From: Squalus acanthias
Taxonomy: Eukaryota
Length of the DNA stretch: 64,000 bases
Assembly: GCA_030390025.1 (NCBI GenBank)
Contig: CM059432.1
Location: 80,788,001-80,852,000 of the forward strand
Reading direction: 5' to 3'
Shown: positions 39,335 through 53,705 of the stretch, piece after piece
Position numbering within the stretch: the stretch's first letter is position 1
Layout: each line of letters opens with the position of its first letter
Program-made: the position numbers and the translations under genes
The notes under the pieces: model-generated
The model's database searches: none
The model's input: only the letters and a program-made list of their open reading frames with translations
Told to the model about the DNA's origin: nothing

Positions 39335-40600
39335 ATTCATTCATGCTGATGTGCGTGTCGCTGGAAAGGGCAGCATTTATTGCCCATCCCTAATCTCCCT
39401 TGAGAAAGTGGTGGTGAGCTGTCTTCTTGAACCGTTGCAGTCAGTGTGGTGAAGGTACTCCCACAGTGGCTCTTTGGGAGGGAGTTCCAGGATTTTGACT
39501 CAGCGACGATGAAGGATCGGCGATATATTTCCAAGTCAGGAGGTGTGTGACTTGGAGGGGAACTTGGAGGTGGTGGTGTTCCCATGCGCCTGCAGCCCTT
39601 GTCCTTCTAGGTGGTAGAGGTCGTGGGTTTGGGAGGTGCTGTCAAAGAAGCCTTGCTGAGATGCTGCAGTGCATCTTGTAGATGGTGCACACTGCAGCCA
39701 CGGTGCGCTGGTGGTGGAGGGAGTGAATGTTTAAGGTGGTGGATGGGGTGCCAATCAAGCGGCTGCTTTATTCTGGATGGTGTTGAGTCTCTTGAGTGTT
39801 GGAGCTGCACTCATCCAGGCAAGTGGAGAGTATTCCATCACACTCTTGACTTGTGCCTTGTAAATGGTGGAAAGGCTTTGGAGAGTCAGGAGGTGAGACA
39901 CTTGCCACAGAATACCCAGCCTCTGACCTGCTCTTGTAGCCACAGTATTTATGTGGCTGGTCCAGTTAAGTTTCTGATCAATGGTGATCCCCAGGAAGTT
40001 GATGGTGGGGAAATCGGTGATGGTAATATCGTTGAATGCCAAGGGGCGGTGGTTAGACTCTCTCTTGTTGGAGATAGTCACTGCCTGGCACTTGTGTGGC
40101 ACGAATGTTACTTTTCACTTATCAGGCCAAGCCTGAATGTCGTCCAGGTCTTGCTACATGCGGGCACAGACTTCTTCATTATCTGACGAGTTGTGAATGG
40201 AACTGAACACTGTGCAATCATCAGTGAGCATCCCCACTTCTGACCTTATGATGGAGGGAAGGTCATTGATGAAGCCACTGTAGATGGTTGGGCCGAGGAT
40301 ACTGCCCTGAGGAGCTCCTGCAGCGATGTCCTGGGGCTGAGATGATTGGCCTCCAACAACCACAACCATCTTCCTTTGTGATCGGTATGACTCCAGCCAG
40401 TGGAGAGTTTCCCCCTGATTCCCATTGACTTTAATTTTACTAGGGCTCCTTGATACCACATTCGGTCAAATGCTGCCTTAATGTCAAGGGCAGTCACTCT
40501 CACCTCTGGATTTCAGCTTTTTTGTCCATGTTTGGACCAAGGCTGTAATGAGGTCTGGAGCCGAGTGGTCCTGGCGGATCCCAAACTGAGCATCGATGAG
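39335..40600 (-). mobile_element. CR1/L2-superfamily LINE 3' fragment (second family) splitting an old SINE
   Basis: Fragments VTALDIKAAFDRMWYQG, GAPQGSILGP...FINDLP and FLGITIDQKLNWTSHI. A related + strand fragment lies at ~10370-10465. Confidence 0.8.
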
Positions 40601-40925
40601 CATTAAATTAACTGATCATTCATCTCATTGTTTTTTTTTGTGGTCTTGTGACGTGTAAAGTGGCTGTCATATTTTCCTACATGGCAATTGTCACTGCATT
40701 TCAAAGTAATGAATTGTATGTTAAGGGCTTTGACATGTTTATGACATTTACGATAAAGTGGTATATAAATGTAATTTTTTCTTACTTTTAGTACACTATC
40801 ATTTGTCAGTGTATCCTCTTCGAAATAAAATTAGCATGTCCTTGATGGAATCCGTTAATCTGCTGCAATCCATGAAACTCTGCACTGCAGATCCTATACA
40901 TTATGAATGGGTAAAGTTAATTTGA

Positions 40926-41090
<165 letters not shown>

Positions 41091-41774
41091 TAACTTCTCT
41101 GCATATTGAAACAATGGAATGTCATATTACTCTATGACAACACCAGCCACTGAACTAGAAAGATATATTTAATGTCTGATTATGGTGCATGCAATTCATC
41201 ATGTATTTATTTACACAAATGTGGATATGGTGGAATAGTGATTATCGTACTAGGGTAGAGTGATTGTGGTACTGCACTAGCAACCCAGAGCTGATGACTT
41301 CAAATACCATAGTAAGTTGTTTGAGATCGAATTTGTTCACTGGCACCAGGAAAAATGGCCATGAAAGTTTCTGGATTATCATTAAAACCCAGCTGGTTCA
41401 CTAATGTCCTTGAGGGAAGGGAATTTACCACCTCTCTGTGGTCTGGCCAACACATGCCTTCAATCCAACACTATGTGGTTGACTCTGAATGCCCTGAAGT
41501 GGCATAGCAAGCCATTTAGTTGCAAAACAATTACAATAAAGCAAATAGAAGGCCCACCAGCATCTTTTCAGGGCACAAGGAATGAGTAATAAATGCCACC
41601 TTGCCAGCATCCGCCACATCCTGAAAACAAATAAAATAAACAAGCATTATTGTCCAAAATGATTTTTTATAGCCTTTCAGATGTTTGACTTGACTAGAAA
41701 CACAACACTATGTTTAAAAATCTCCAAAACAAGGTAGGGTTTCTCTTTATTCGATATAAAATACACAGGGGTAG

Positions 41775-42020
41775 AATCATAGAATTATACAGCACAGAAG
41801 GAGGCTATTCGGCCCATCGTGCCTGTGCTGGCTCTTTGGTAGAGCTATCCAACCAGTCTCACTCTCCTGCTCTTTCCCCATAACCCTGCAAATTTTTTCA
41901 CTCAAGTATTTATCCAATTCCCTTTTGAAAGTTACGATTGAATCTGCTTCCACCACCTTTTCAGGCAATGAATTCCAGATCACAACAATTCTCTGTGTAA
42001 AAAATGTTTCCTCATGTCGC
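41775..42020 (-). mobile_element. CR1 3' end fragment
   Basis: FFTQRIVVIWNSLPEKVVEADS...FKRELDKYL; similar to 28714-28970. Confidence 0.8.
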
Positions 42021-42941
42021 CTCATTTGAATACTATAATTACAGACCCACCTCTTCAGAGCAGGTTACTCAGAAACCTCGAAACCCACCACTGTTAAAAC
42101 GGAAGCAGGCTCGTTCGCTGTGGGTTGGGGTTGGGTTTCTCAAATTTGACGATTTAAACTCGCACCTGACCCTCTCCTGCACATAGGTTTGGACACCTGC
42201 TTTATATTCCGTAAGCTTAATCTGCACTGGCATCTTGCTGTCACTGAAAAAAGATAATAAATACCTATCTCTTCTCAGTGCAGTCACAAAAAACTGTCCA
42301 GGCTGAAGTTAGCATCCGCCAGGGCCCTCAGGTATGGATATGAATCAACAATTGGAAGGATGCACCTAGTATCTTCCAATCAATACCTTGGAAGAAACCT
42401 CTTGAGCCATGCAGAACAGCAGTACTGCTCTGGGAACAGTTACCACCATATCCCACTGACTAGTCTAATCTTCAAGATCGTAAATAAAATGCACTTGATC
42501 CCCAAATGAAGACATCAAACAGGATGGTTGATGGTGAACAACCTTGACACCATCCTTTTTCGAGAGATAGGTTCAGCAAGTCTATCATTTACCCTCACAT
42601 GGATCTTGGAACTGAAATATACATCCGGAATAAAATCCAAGATTTGGCCATGTACTCCCATAGCTTACTGCTTCTTCATCAGGGCTGCAGGAAGCACTTG
42701 CGTGAAAGCCTTACGAAAGTTAATGAAAGTATTGTAAGTGGGTTTCGCCTGAGCCTGAGCCTTACAGCCTTCCACAGTCTCATATAAAGCCACAACCTGT
42801 CCTATTTATTCCTCACAAGAATCTTCATCATTTTATTTTCTCTAAAGAATTTTTGTGCAATTTTCACACACAATTACATTTTATCCCTAATTATTCTATT
42901 TAGGTCATGTTCGTTTTTCATGCTGTTGCTAATGCTTAGGT

Positions 42942-43402
42942 TTCAGCCGTGGCTCAGTGGGAGCACACTTGCCTCTGAGTCAGATGGTCATGGGTTCAAG
43001 CCCCACTCCAGAGATTTGAGTACATAATCCAAGCTGACACTCCCAGTGTAGTACTGAGGGAGTGCTACACTATTGGAGGTGCCATCTTTTGTATGAGATG
43101 TATCAGTCTACCCTCTCAGGTAGATGTAAAGATCTCATTGCACTATTCAAAGAAGAGCAGGGGAGCTCTCCCAGTGTCCTGGCCAATTATTATCCCTCAA
43201 CCAACATCAGTAAAAATAAACAGAATATCTGATCATGTATCTCACTGCAGTTTGTGGGACCTTGTTGTGTGCAATTTGGCTGCCACATTTCCCTACATTA
43301 CAACCGTGCCTACAATTCAAAAGTATTTAATTGGCTGTAAAGTGCTTTGGGGGCGTCCTGAGGTTGTGACAGGCGCTATAGAAATGCAAGTCCTTTCTTT
43401 TC
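42942..43402 (+). mobile_element. Full-length tRNA-headed Deu-type SINE (SacSINE1-like)
   Basis: A-box GTGGCTCAGTGG, B-box GGTTCAAGCC, and a LINE-type tail AGGCGCTATAGAAATGCAAG-TC-rich. The family name is from recall. Confidence 0.7.
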
Positions 43403-44409
43403 CTTTATACAACAAGTACATCTTTATTTTGCTAGGTGTGCATCTACTGGCAGCTTATTTTTTATAAATTGCCACAACCTTTTCCCCATCATGAAGAAAA
43501 AATGTACTCTTGGTTTAACATAAAGAATTAAATGAATGTTGTAGGTCTCTAAACTAATTTCGTTAGTCATTGCACTTACATTCCCTTTCATTTTTGTATA
43601 ATTAATTTGTTTTTATTCTGACAAACAATTTCATTCTGATCACATTATTTGATGTATGCACTTTGTCTTACTTTATCAGCTGTCCATCATCTTTTTGCAT
43701 ATATTTTTCTCTGTTGATTTGTACTTGTCTGCTCAATCAGGTTTCTCAGTAACTATATTTTCCAACAATATTAACAGTTTTAACAATTCAGATCTAGTTA
43801 AATTCACGTGCAAGGTGTCCTGATATTACCCAACTTGTAGCAGTACCCCGATCCATGCAAATTGTTACCATGTTCCAATTTTGTTCTATGCATATTCAGC
43901 CAGTTCACAATTGTTTATCCATTTTGATGATTGCCTTTAATTGGCTTCCTGAGTACATTGTAATTGAAGACATGATTTATTTTAAAGAAATGGCTGATAT
44001 ATTCCACAGCACAATGCCCAGTTACTTCACAAAATGACAATAAAATAGCTGCTTCAGGCATATCTAACAGCAGAAAAACAATGTGCCAGCGCAATCGACT
44101 TGGCAATTCCCACTGAAAGTTCCTTACTTTCTTCCTTTGTGTATCTTTCCCTCTCTACTATCTCCCTGTCTCTTTTCTACCTTCCCTGTCTCCTTTCTTC
44201 CTTCTTTGTTTCCTCCCATTCTTCACTCTCTCCATCCCTTTACTTGTCTCCACACCACTAGCTTAGAAAACAATCAATCAGTCAGCCTGCTTCTAGATCT
44301 CCACATAATAGACAACAATAGTGCTGGGCCCTTTACGTGACAGGGGTGCCTATAATGGCACTCTTGCGATTGGGAGCAATCCTACAATATAAGGTAGGTA
44401 TTAATGGAT

Positions 44410-44503
44410 TAAAAACAAAAAGTGCTGGAAACACTCAGCAGGTCAGGCAGCATCTGTGGAGAGAGAAACAGAGTTAACTTTCAGGTCGATGACCTTTCGT
44501 CAG
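44410..44503 (-). mobile_element. Penelope terminal fragment with degenerate hammerhead motif
   Basis: Similar to 21750-21842. The minus strand reads CTGACGA-A-AGGT catcg ACCT-GAAAGTTAACT. Confidence 0.65.
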
Positions 44504-46163
44504 CATTTGAAAAAAATACATGCACCATTCTGAAACAAGATTTTTGTTTTCTTTCTTTACCCAATGGCAGTATTAAGGCCTTTTATTGTCTACAAAGAAT
44601 TTCTATGAATCTGGCATCAGTTATAATCGAATTGAATAATAAGATGGCCACTCTCAGCCAAGTCGATATCCTTTGAGAGAGTAATATTACTAACACTGTA
44701 CATATAGGGGACAATTATGTGGCCCAAGCACTGTGTCATCAGTAACAATACTGTGCAGGTGCTGCATGCACCTGTGCAGGATAAAGCGATGTCAGCATCA
44801 TTTATTGGTGCTCCTACAGCGTCTCTCACAACATGCTGAAAGTGCCATGGCTGCATTATCAGTCCTCAGCATGCAAGTGAAGGGCTGCTGACTGCCTGTT
44901 GTACACCATAATTGTTTCTGGAGGGGAAAGTGCAATGCACAGGGGAGCAAAGGCCATGGAGGTGGCATTGATGCCGGGCAGAGGGGACATGGTTACCATT
45001 TTTTTTGTTTATGAAGACCTCTCCATCAGAATCTGTTCCAAGTGGGCATTGTGTGGTTGGAGCACTGTTCAGGTGTTCCAGTTGCATTATGGAGTGGGTA
45101 CCTAATTTAAATAGAACTGTGGCTTCATGAGCCCAGTGCACAGCATGTGAGATGCACGGAGCACCTTGAGTGTATGATGAGCTTCAGGTCTCTGTGTCTG
45201 ATGCACTTTAGTGTATTGAGCGCCCACCATCTTATTATTGGCTCTGTGGAACACTGAGGCTTGTTCAATATGGGATAATTTTACAGAATCACTCTCTTGG
45301 CACGGAGTACTCCCCATGATATTCTGCCAGTTAATTTTAATGGAGGGAAAATCGTGAGGACAATGTTTGAATTCCCAATAGGTGCTCACAGTGGGAAAGG
45401 TTCTAGAACAGATCACAATTTTGTAAAACTACCAATTTAGTGAAAATGTTCTCAGTAATATTGAAAAAAAAGTCAGTTTCTCTGTTTTTAAAATTAAACA
45501 GAAGACCAGTACATTAAAAAAAAATATGCAGGTAGTAATTCATTTTTGTAAGACTACTGTAAAACAGTAACATGCCTTGCACAAATAATCAACACTTTAG
45601 ATGATCCTGCCATAAAACATTTCCTTTTTTAAAAAATAGTGGAATGGGGGATTTTCTTCTTTTATAGAAAGAGCGTCCTGATGGAGCATTGCAATATTAA
45701 TAACATCCAGCATTATAACGGATTGGAACTCCAAGCTGATTATCAGTATTAAAATTTCCCACTCAGTCTTTTACCCTCATTAATATTTAATTAACAGATT
45801 GATTGATAGTCACTTGCTGGTATCTCAATTTCTGGACAGGAATATTTTGTCCCAGCAGAGAACTTCAGTGATTCAGCCCAGAGCCATTTAAACATATGTC
45901 AGTCTATACTGTTTGTGACTTAATTTACTCGAACTCCAGCCACACATTGAGTGACGTGATGCTCTTTGTTATTTTGGCCCACATACTTAAACATTTTGAA
46001 TACTGCCTGCCTGACATGAAGTCATGGATGAGCCAAACTTTCCTCTATCGGGCAGACTGAAGCCATTGTTTTTGGCCCCCATCATAAATTCTGCTCCCTT
46101 CACACTGGCTTCATTCCCCTCCCTGACCAATAATCAGGTTAAATCAGGCTGTGCAAAACCTCA

Positions 46164-46802
46164 GGGCTGGATATTTACTGGGGCAGGTTACGAAGGGGGT
46201 GGGGGGGGGGGCGGAGTTTTGGACAGGAAACCTGGAAATCTGGGTTTCCCACCGTGCGACCTTTGGCCCTGACATGCTCCCCACCTGGAAGTCAGCCTGA
46301 TTGACAGGCTCGGGGCTTGGCTTCCATTTGGGTGGGCAATGGTCCGGAGGAGGCCGCAGGAACAGATGGGTCCGATCCCTGACCCCTTGGGGGGTGGGGG
46401 GTCCGATCCCCGACCTCGAGGTGGGGGGGGGGCGAGTGTATGGGGGGAGGTCTGATGGCGGGGGAGCTTGGGGCGCCTGGAGGGAGTATTCCTGCTTCTC
46501 CTGGCCCACAAGGAGTGCTGTGAAGGCACTTACCTTCTCCCCGAGGCTGTCCTCGCCTCGCTGCAGAAACCTGGCCAGCCACAGTAAAACCTGCAAAGCA
46601 GGTTAAATCTGAGGCTTCCAGCCTCATTAACATATTTAAAATGCCGACCTGCCTCCTGGGATTGGGTTGGCTGCCCTCCCCTTGTCCCACCTCAGTAAAA
46701 TCCGGAAATCAGCGGGTTGAAGCCGGCTTCCTGAGGCGATCGGAATTTTTGCCCATTTAATCCCCCACCTGCACCCAATCCCACCCATGTTAAAATTCCC
46801 CC
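46164..46802. mobile_element. Harbinger-type MITE
   Basis: Ends GGGCTGGATATT...AAAATTCCCCC with TSD TCA. Confidence 0.65.
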
Positions 46803-47136
46803 TCAGTGTCCTGTTTGACCTAGAACTGAGCTTCAAACACCAAGGCTGCCTACTATGCGAGAATATGATTAACTTTAAAGAGGACTGTAAGTGTCTTCAG
46901 GAGGATATGGACAGATTAGTAGATTGGACAGATAGATGTCAAATTAAATTTAATACAGAAAAATATGAGGTGATATATTTTGGAAAGAAGAATGATAACA
47001 GAACGTATACACTGAAAGATAACATTTTAAAGAGTAGAAGAGGGTTTAGATACACAATTTTATTTAAAGTGGGAGGACAAGTTGAACAAGTTACAAGAAA
47101 AATCATATAGGATCCTAGATTTTATATAAAGAGTTA

Positions 47137-47790
47137 GGGGGAGAAATTCACTATCGCCCCGTTTGGGGCGCTAATTTTTAAAAGTTTGAAAAGTTAGAGC
47201 CAGGCGCTAACGATTTCAAACTTTTGAAAAATTCGCCGTTTGCGCTCCAAGAAGGAAGTGGATGCTAAATCAAGAGCTCCACTTCCTTCTTGGAGCGCAA
47301 TCGGCAGCAGGTGGGGCGGAGACTTCAGCAGCGCTGCACACTGGGCCGTGCAGCGCTGCCACGTTGAAAGGCTCCTTCCCTCCCTTAAAGGGAAGGGCCA
47401 TCGCTGCAGGCTCTGCAATATAAAAATTACCTGCTTGGACCACCAAGGTAGCTGCTGTCTCGCACGATCAGCTGATCGATCGCGGGCAGGAACCCGCGAA
47501 AAAAACTGGAACAAGGTAAGGTTTTTTTTACTTACCTCGGCTGTAATCATTGGCCCCTGAAGCGGCCGGTTGCCTGATGCACGCCTCCTGCAGCTGTCGG
47601 TACCGGCGCTGCTGCAGGGGGCGGAAGTTAATTTCGGGTCTGGGGCAATGCGCGATGACATCACGATCTCCGGGCGAAACTCCCACCGAATATGGCGGGA
47701 GTCGATGTCAGCGCTGCGCCCGGTTGCAAAGCCGTTTGCGCCCCCCCAGGGATGCTAACGGGAGGTGCAAAGGCACCCAATGTTGCCCCA
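47137..47790. mobile_element. Harbinger-type MITE inserted in a CR1 RT fragment (46870-47850, +)
   Basis: Starts GGGGGAGAAATT, has a degenerate right end and GCGCTAA motifs. The flanking CR1 reads LQEDMDRLVDW...KFNTEKYEVIYFGKKN. Confidence 0.7.
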
Positions 47791-48890
47791 TTGAGTGCAA
47801 AGCCAAAGAGGTAATGCTAAACCTATTCAAATCATGGTTAGGCTGCAATTAGATTAGGGGCGATTTTTCTGTGTTCATTGCCCAAATAGCAGCTGAAAAA
47901 TGGTCACTATGTACTAATCCTTTTGCCCATTCTCTGCTCGAATAGCATCACAGCAAAATTTCCTTCAAGTTATTTTCAGGAGGTTGAAGCTGACTGCGCC
48001 TGAAGAGGGAACAGCAATGTAAATTGCATGTAAATGAATGCCAGAGTTCTGTGTGATCAAATCTTCTGCTCTATTCCTGACTGTAGTTTAAGGGCAAACT
48101 ACTCTCAGAAAACCCTGGCTACAGCTTTCAGAGCTGCTGTTTCAGTGCCATCTGTCTTAAAAGATGTTGATATTGACATTAAAGGTCTTTATTTTTGGCT
48201 TTTTGAATAAAATATGGTTTTGCTGCTTTTGCCTTGTTTACAAAATACTGTAATCCTTTACAGATTTTATGGAGGCCGTGTTTCGTACTGTGCCATTCCC
48301 TTTTGTGATATGGCTTATTTAGAGGTAGACAAGATGAAACAACCACAAGCCCCTTGACAGCAGCTGAAGTAATTCGCCAGGTCTCTGCTAAGCCACTAAC
48401 AACAAGGCACAAAGACCCTCCCTTCACTCTGATCATGCTACTGCTCCATGCCATGTGTAGTAAAACAAGGAGCCGCACAGTCAAACCTGCACCCTCCTGC
48501 TATTCCCACACCTTAATTCTTCATACCCACACTTGTTTCCCCATTGCTCTACCTACTGCTTTGTGTGCTGCCCTTTTTCCAGTTTCCTGCAAGGCAGACT
48601 GCAGATGCAGAAGTGGGATTAGGCTGGATAGCTCTTTTTTGACCGGTGCAGACACGATGGGCCGAATGGCCTCCTTCTGTGCCGTAAATTTCTATGATTC
48701 TATGAGATACCTTGGGGTGCTGCTATTATCCCAGCCAGGGAATAGCAGTATGAACTCATTCGCATGAAGACCACCGAACATGCAAATGACAATTTCTGTC
48801 ACACATAAGTTACATACTTATCACAGGTCATCAGAAGCTGGCACTGTAAAAATCCTGTCTCATTACGTTTAAAAAAAATAAAGATCTTCT

Positions 48891-49419
48891 GGGGGCGATT
48901 TTCAACTGCAGGCTGGCTGTTCCTCGCCTGAAAAACGGACAGCCAGCAATTAAAAATATGGTCTTGGGTGGCCAGCAATTAAAAATCATCTTGGACGCCC
49001 AAGGCCTGCGTGATGCAATTTTCTGGCGGGCTTGTAAATGGGCATGCAACCTGCCTGCCTGAAACAAGTATAAGGCTGATTAAATATGCAGATCAGGGTC
49101 CTATGCTGGTTGTAGGACCCCGCATGCAATATTCAGGTACAAATAACTCTGCTCCACTACCGGCCTGCTTGAGGCCCCAGGAATGATCGGCTTCCCCTCC
49201 AGACCGGCCAGCTCTGTAGGAGTCAGCTGATTTTCTGTCCACACCCCCAGAAACAGTGAGCTGAGGTAGGACCTCCACTTGGCACCCACAGCTCACAGAC
49301 ATTTAAATGAAACTCGGGCATCAAAATAGCTCGGGCCTCATGTCGGCACCTATGAACAGGTGGAGCAGTTGCTCTGCCAACGTTGTGCCCATTTTGGGTG
49401 CTACTTGAAAATCACCCCC
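48891..49419. mobile_element. Harbinger-type MITE
   Basis: Ends GGGGGCGATTTTCAA...TTGAAAATCACCCCC with TSD TCT. Confidence 0.75.
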
Positions 49420-50104
49420 TCTGTGTCTCTCATGCGGCTTTTACTGTTCCTTCCTCTTTCATGATGCTGCCGCCTTTAAGGTCTGAATTACTCCCAATCT
49501 TCCTGTTCTCATGGGCCCTGCTCCCTAGTGAGTGCCTCACACATCATCCGAACTCTGTCCTCTTCTTTATAATGAAGACCAGCAGGAAATCCTTGCATTC
49601 CATTATTTCCTCAGGCACAGCACACTTCCAGGAAAATCAGTTGTTTAGTTTTGGCAGGATGTCAAGGAGAAGGTGCAGAAATGATTCAGTAAAATGATAT
49701 CAGAGATGAGAGTATTTAGTTGTGAGGAGAGACTTGCAAAACTGGGTCTCTTTTCATGAGAACAAAGAAAGCTAAGAGATCTGGTAGAGGTGTTCAAAAT
49801 TACGAGGTAGATTAGGAAAAGCGATTTCTACTGGTCTTTGAGTTGGTAAGTAAAGAGCCTAGATCTAGAACATCATCAAAGAGAAATTAGTAGAATTTTT
49901 TTAACGCAGATTGTTGCTAGGACATGGAATGCCCTGCCAGAATTCATGGTGGAAGCAGATTCCATAATAGCTTTTAAAAGGAAAATGGATAAATATTTAA
50001 CAGAGAAAAATGTAAAAGGGCATAGGGGAATGGACTAAATTAATAACTCTTTCAGAGAGTCAGTACAGATACTATGGAACAAATAGCCTCCTCCTGTGCT
50101 GTAA

Positions 50105-50752
50105 AATTCAATGATTTCATCTCCGCTAATGGGGCGCAAATCCCCTTGCACCCCGGCGCGGCGCCGCTAACACCTCCCGTGAAATTCAGCAGGAGGTTAG
50201 TGGCGGTGGTAGCCGGTATAGCCCCGTGGCGCTGCACCTCCGGCGATGACATCATCGCCGTGCGCAGCGCCCCGCCCACAAACTTGGCTCGCGCCCCCTG
50301 ACCTACCACCGGACGCTGTGTCCGACAGGGTCACGGTGCTGTGTTTGTGGCCGGGGCGGCGCACATTAAAGGGCAAGTGCTGGGCAGCCTTTTTTTGGGC
50401 CGCCTGCCAGCACCTGCCCCCTCTCACCTCCTCCTGCGGGGTGCCGGCCGCAATTGGTCAGCCTGGCACTCCTCTTGAGTGCCGGGCTCTTTTGCCGGCA
50501 CCCCGCTCCCCGGTGGTCCAGCAGGGCCCCAGTGTGCACTGCGCTAGGCCCCTCTTGCTGCTGCACATAGTGCCACGATATTCAATGGGAGTGCCCCAAG
50601 AGGGAGGGGTAGCGCTTCCAGTAGCTCCCCGCCTCCTGCTTGGGGCACTGCCATTCAATTTCGGGATTGGGGGTGCTAACTTTTTTGGGTGCTAAAAGTA
50701 GCGCCCCGGCAAAGTTAGTGCCCCAAACGGGGCACGACCCAATTTTTCCTGC
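50105..50752. mobile_element. MITE of the 35079-35806 family, opposite orientation
   Basis: The interior is the reverse complement of 35079-35806. It is preceded by a CR1 3' fragment (~49700-50100). Confidence 0.75.
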
Positions 50753-51582
50753 TACAAATTTAATGCAGAATTTATGTAGATATCAGTGAAACCTCAAAAC
50801 CAAATTCATAATTACATTCCTTTAACAACGTAATTGCACCTAAGCACTATCTCTTGATTTACCATGCCTTCTCTCCTATTTTCAACTAGGTTTCTCGATT
50901 TAAAGAAAAGCTCCAATCACTTCTGATTATTTGTTCAAATAGATGTGATTCAACAATGGGTGATCTGAATCACATAGTTGCAGTAATAATTTAGGACATC
51001 AATAATCACTATCTCATTCCTTGCTACATTTTTTTTCAATGCATAACTAACATTTAAAAATCTATTACAGTTCTCAGTAGTTAATTTTAATTCAAGTGAA
51101 GGCTAGTGATGTGAAAATATATTAAAAGATTTTAAAAAGTGGATGACTGGGCTATCTCTTTATAGTATCTAGTCACCTGCTTTTTAATTCACTGTGTTGT
51201 AAGCAAGGTCAATGAACTCAATGAGAATAATAACAGTACAAAATCTGATATGATATCTTACAAAATAATAGAAAGTTTATTTATTTTCCATGATTTAATT
51301 TATTTTCATAGCCCAGGCAAGTTGTTTTTTCCACGATAACATTCACACTGAATTAATGTTCACTGATGTTGAGTAGCTCCATCTCCAGCAATGTAGTTTA
51401 GCAAAGCTTGTTATAAAATATAGTGAACTCCACTGTGCAATACTTATTGGTGGGAGGCCTTTCAGTGGTATGGTTATTGTTTACTTCATTCCAGTGTTCT
51501 ATAGTGAATGCTCAATAAACCTGATAATCATAGATGCATTTAGTCCATTCACTATGTAACATCTGTCATCTGTTTCTACTAG

Positions 51583-51625
51583 ATTGTACAAACTGTGTCA
51601 GCCACCCCCTGATGGAGACGCATGA
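51583..51625 (+). CDS. PREX2: PREX2 last coding exon (stop codon)
   Basis: Acceptor tgtttctactAG. The split codon AG+A gives R, then LYKLCQPPPDGDA and TGA, resembling P-Rex C-termini. Confidence 0.88.
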
Positions 51626-53014
51626 AGATTCCTGCCTCATATTTAACTCAGAGATACCTAGGCATAGACTCTTCAATAACAACTCAAAGAGCATTTTCGT
51701 TGCAGAAAATAGAATGATCCCAGCTTGCTTACAAGATAATGCTTGAATGTGCTGGTAAATGATGTTCTGCCTTTATGAACTACACCAAGATAAACCTTGG
51801 CCACTCATACAACTGGAATAACTGTTTTTCTTTGCCACACTGAACAGACTCAAACTAGGGTTGCTGTTTAGTGAATATATTTGTTAAGCTATAAATTGAG
51901 TTAAAATTACTTAGTGTAAATTTATAAAGCATAATTTTTTAATTAACTATCAGTTTAAGAAGCTATACTCAACTTGAACTGTTACAATCCTTTTATCTTT
52001 ACCTCATATTATTAAAGCATAATTTGTTGATACAATTTTGTATATTTGAACAGTTCACTATTTAAGATGATATCCTGCATTGTAGCTGGCTATTGTCAGG
52101 CATAGGAACATTTACAAATGCATAATACAGTCAGATATTGCCCTAAGCAGTTTACAGATGGCTGAGAGTGTGCGACAAGACTGTAATATAACCAAGGGCT
52201 TCAGATAATGTCTTATATAGCACAAACATAGTTTCATCTTGCCACATTAAAGCTGAGATTGTGTTATAACCTTCCACCCAGTCCCCATCATATGTTGTTT
52301 CATATAATATATAAAGTTTGATTTGTTTTTAATGCAATAAAAGATCACTGGCCTACTGTTTTCTTCCCTTATGTGTGGAATCTTCCATGGTAGTATTTGT
52401 ATCATGTGATAGGAATGAGGGGAGATGAAAGTAGTATCAGTACTTCAGCATCATATGACAAGAGGGGAACATGATACAATTATATTTTTGCAGGATATTC
52501 ACTGTCTTGCACATATTGTAAACATACAAAACTTGGACATGCTTTCACACACACACACCTATATATAATATATATATTATATAAATGAATATATAAAATC
52601 CAAATTTTCATTGTGCCTTTTCATTAGATAAGAGCTGCCGATTGAGAAAACATTTGCATTTGTATAATTAACAAAAATATTGGATAACATTTTCTCAGGA
52701 CTAAGATGTTTTTTTACTTATGACTAGTATAAATAATGTATAAACTTGGCATCAAGGTCTTATTATTTCTTGTATGTCTCTTAACCAATGGCCTTAAACT
52801 ATTTTACCCACCAATTTCAATGTAGAAATGCCTTGTTTTTTTCAGCAAAATGTAGGTTGTCTTCATGTGATGAAATAGATAATCAAATTGAAAGTACCCA
52901 GGCATAGCTCTGATTTAGAATGAATAGCTATGTTTCCAGACAGTTGGAAACTTGAGAAACTACTGCCACCTATAAACACACACACATGCGCACACACACG
53001 TGTACAGACACATA

Positions 53015-53705
53015 GGGCTGGATTTTGATACTGGGGCAGGTTGGGGTCGTGTCATCCGCTTTTCGTGTTATCCACCCGACTGCAAATGGATGTGGGAGAT
53101 TGATGCAATTTTCACCTAATTGGGCAATTGAGTTCCAGCATGTGGGAACCCATGACCCAATTAGTGTTTTCAGTCTGAAAGTCGCCTCTGATGATGTCAT
53201 CAGTGCTGCTGCATTGAAGGTCTTCAGAGACTGCCTGGCCTTTGCTGTGAGAGGACCTGGATGCAAAATGAGCAGCAGCTCTAAGTCTGCTCCTAGATAT
53301 TAGAGAGAGAGAGAGAGAGAGAGATTTTTGCACCAGCACTTCCAGATATGTCTCCTCCACCACCCCCAGATGCCTGCCAACCACTCACTGATAGTCAGTG
53401 GAAATGTGCTCCCGCCAGGTTTCACAATCGTGGTTCAGAACAGGCGTGCTTCACGTAGAACAAGGGTTAAAATCACAAAGACCTTTCAAAATGGCATTAT
53501 AGAGCCAATTTAGTGCTTGTTAAGGGCCTTAACAGCCTATCCCGTCTCTTAAAGGCGGGATGGAGTCGGGACCACCAGACACGATTTAATGAAAATTGCG
53601 TGGAGGCGGGATGGAGGCGGACTTGTGCCCGCCCGCCAGTTTTCGCAATTTTAACCCCCCACACGCCTCCAAACCCGCCTCCACGGCTCAATGAAAATCC
53701 AGCCC
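53015..53705. mobile_element. Harbinger-type MITE in putative PREX2 3' UTR
   Basis: TIRs GGGCTGGATTTT/AAAATCCAGCCC with TSD ATA. Confidence 0.8.

Noticed and set aside
42942..43015. tRNA gene
   Set aside because: The A/B boxes continue into a SINE body and LINE-like tail, and I could not support a full cloverleaf.
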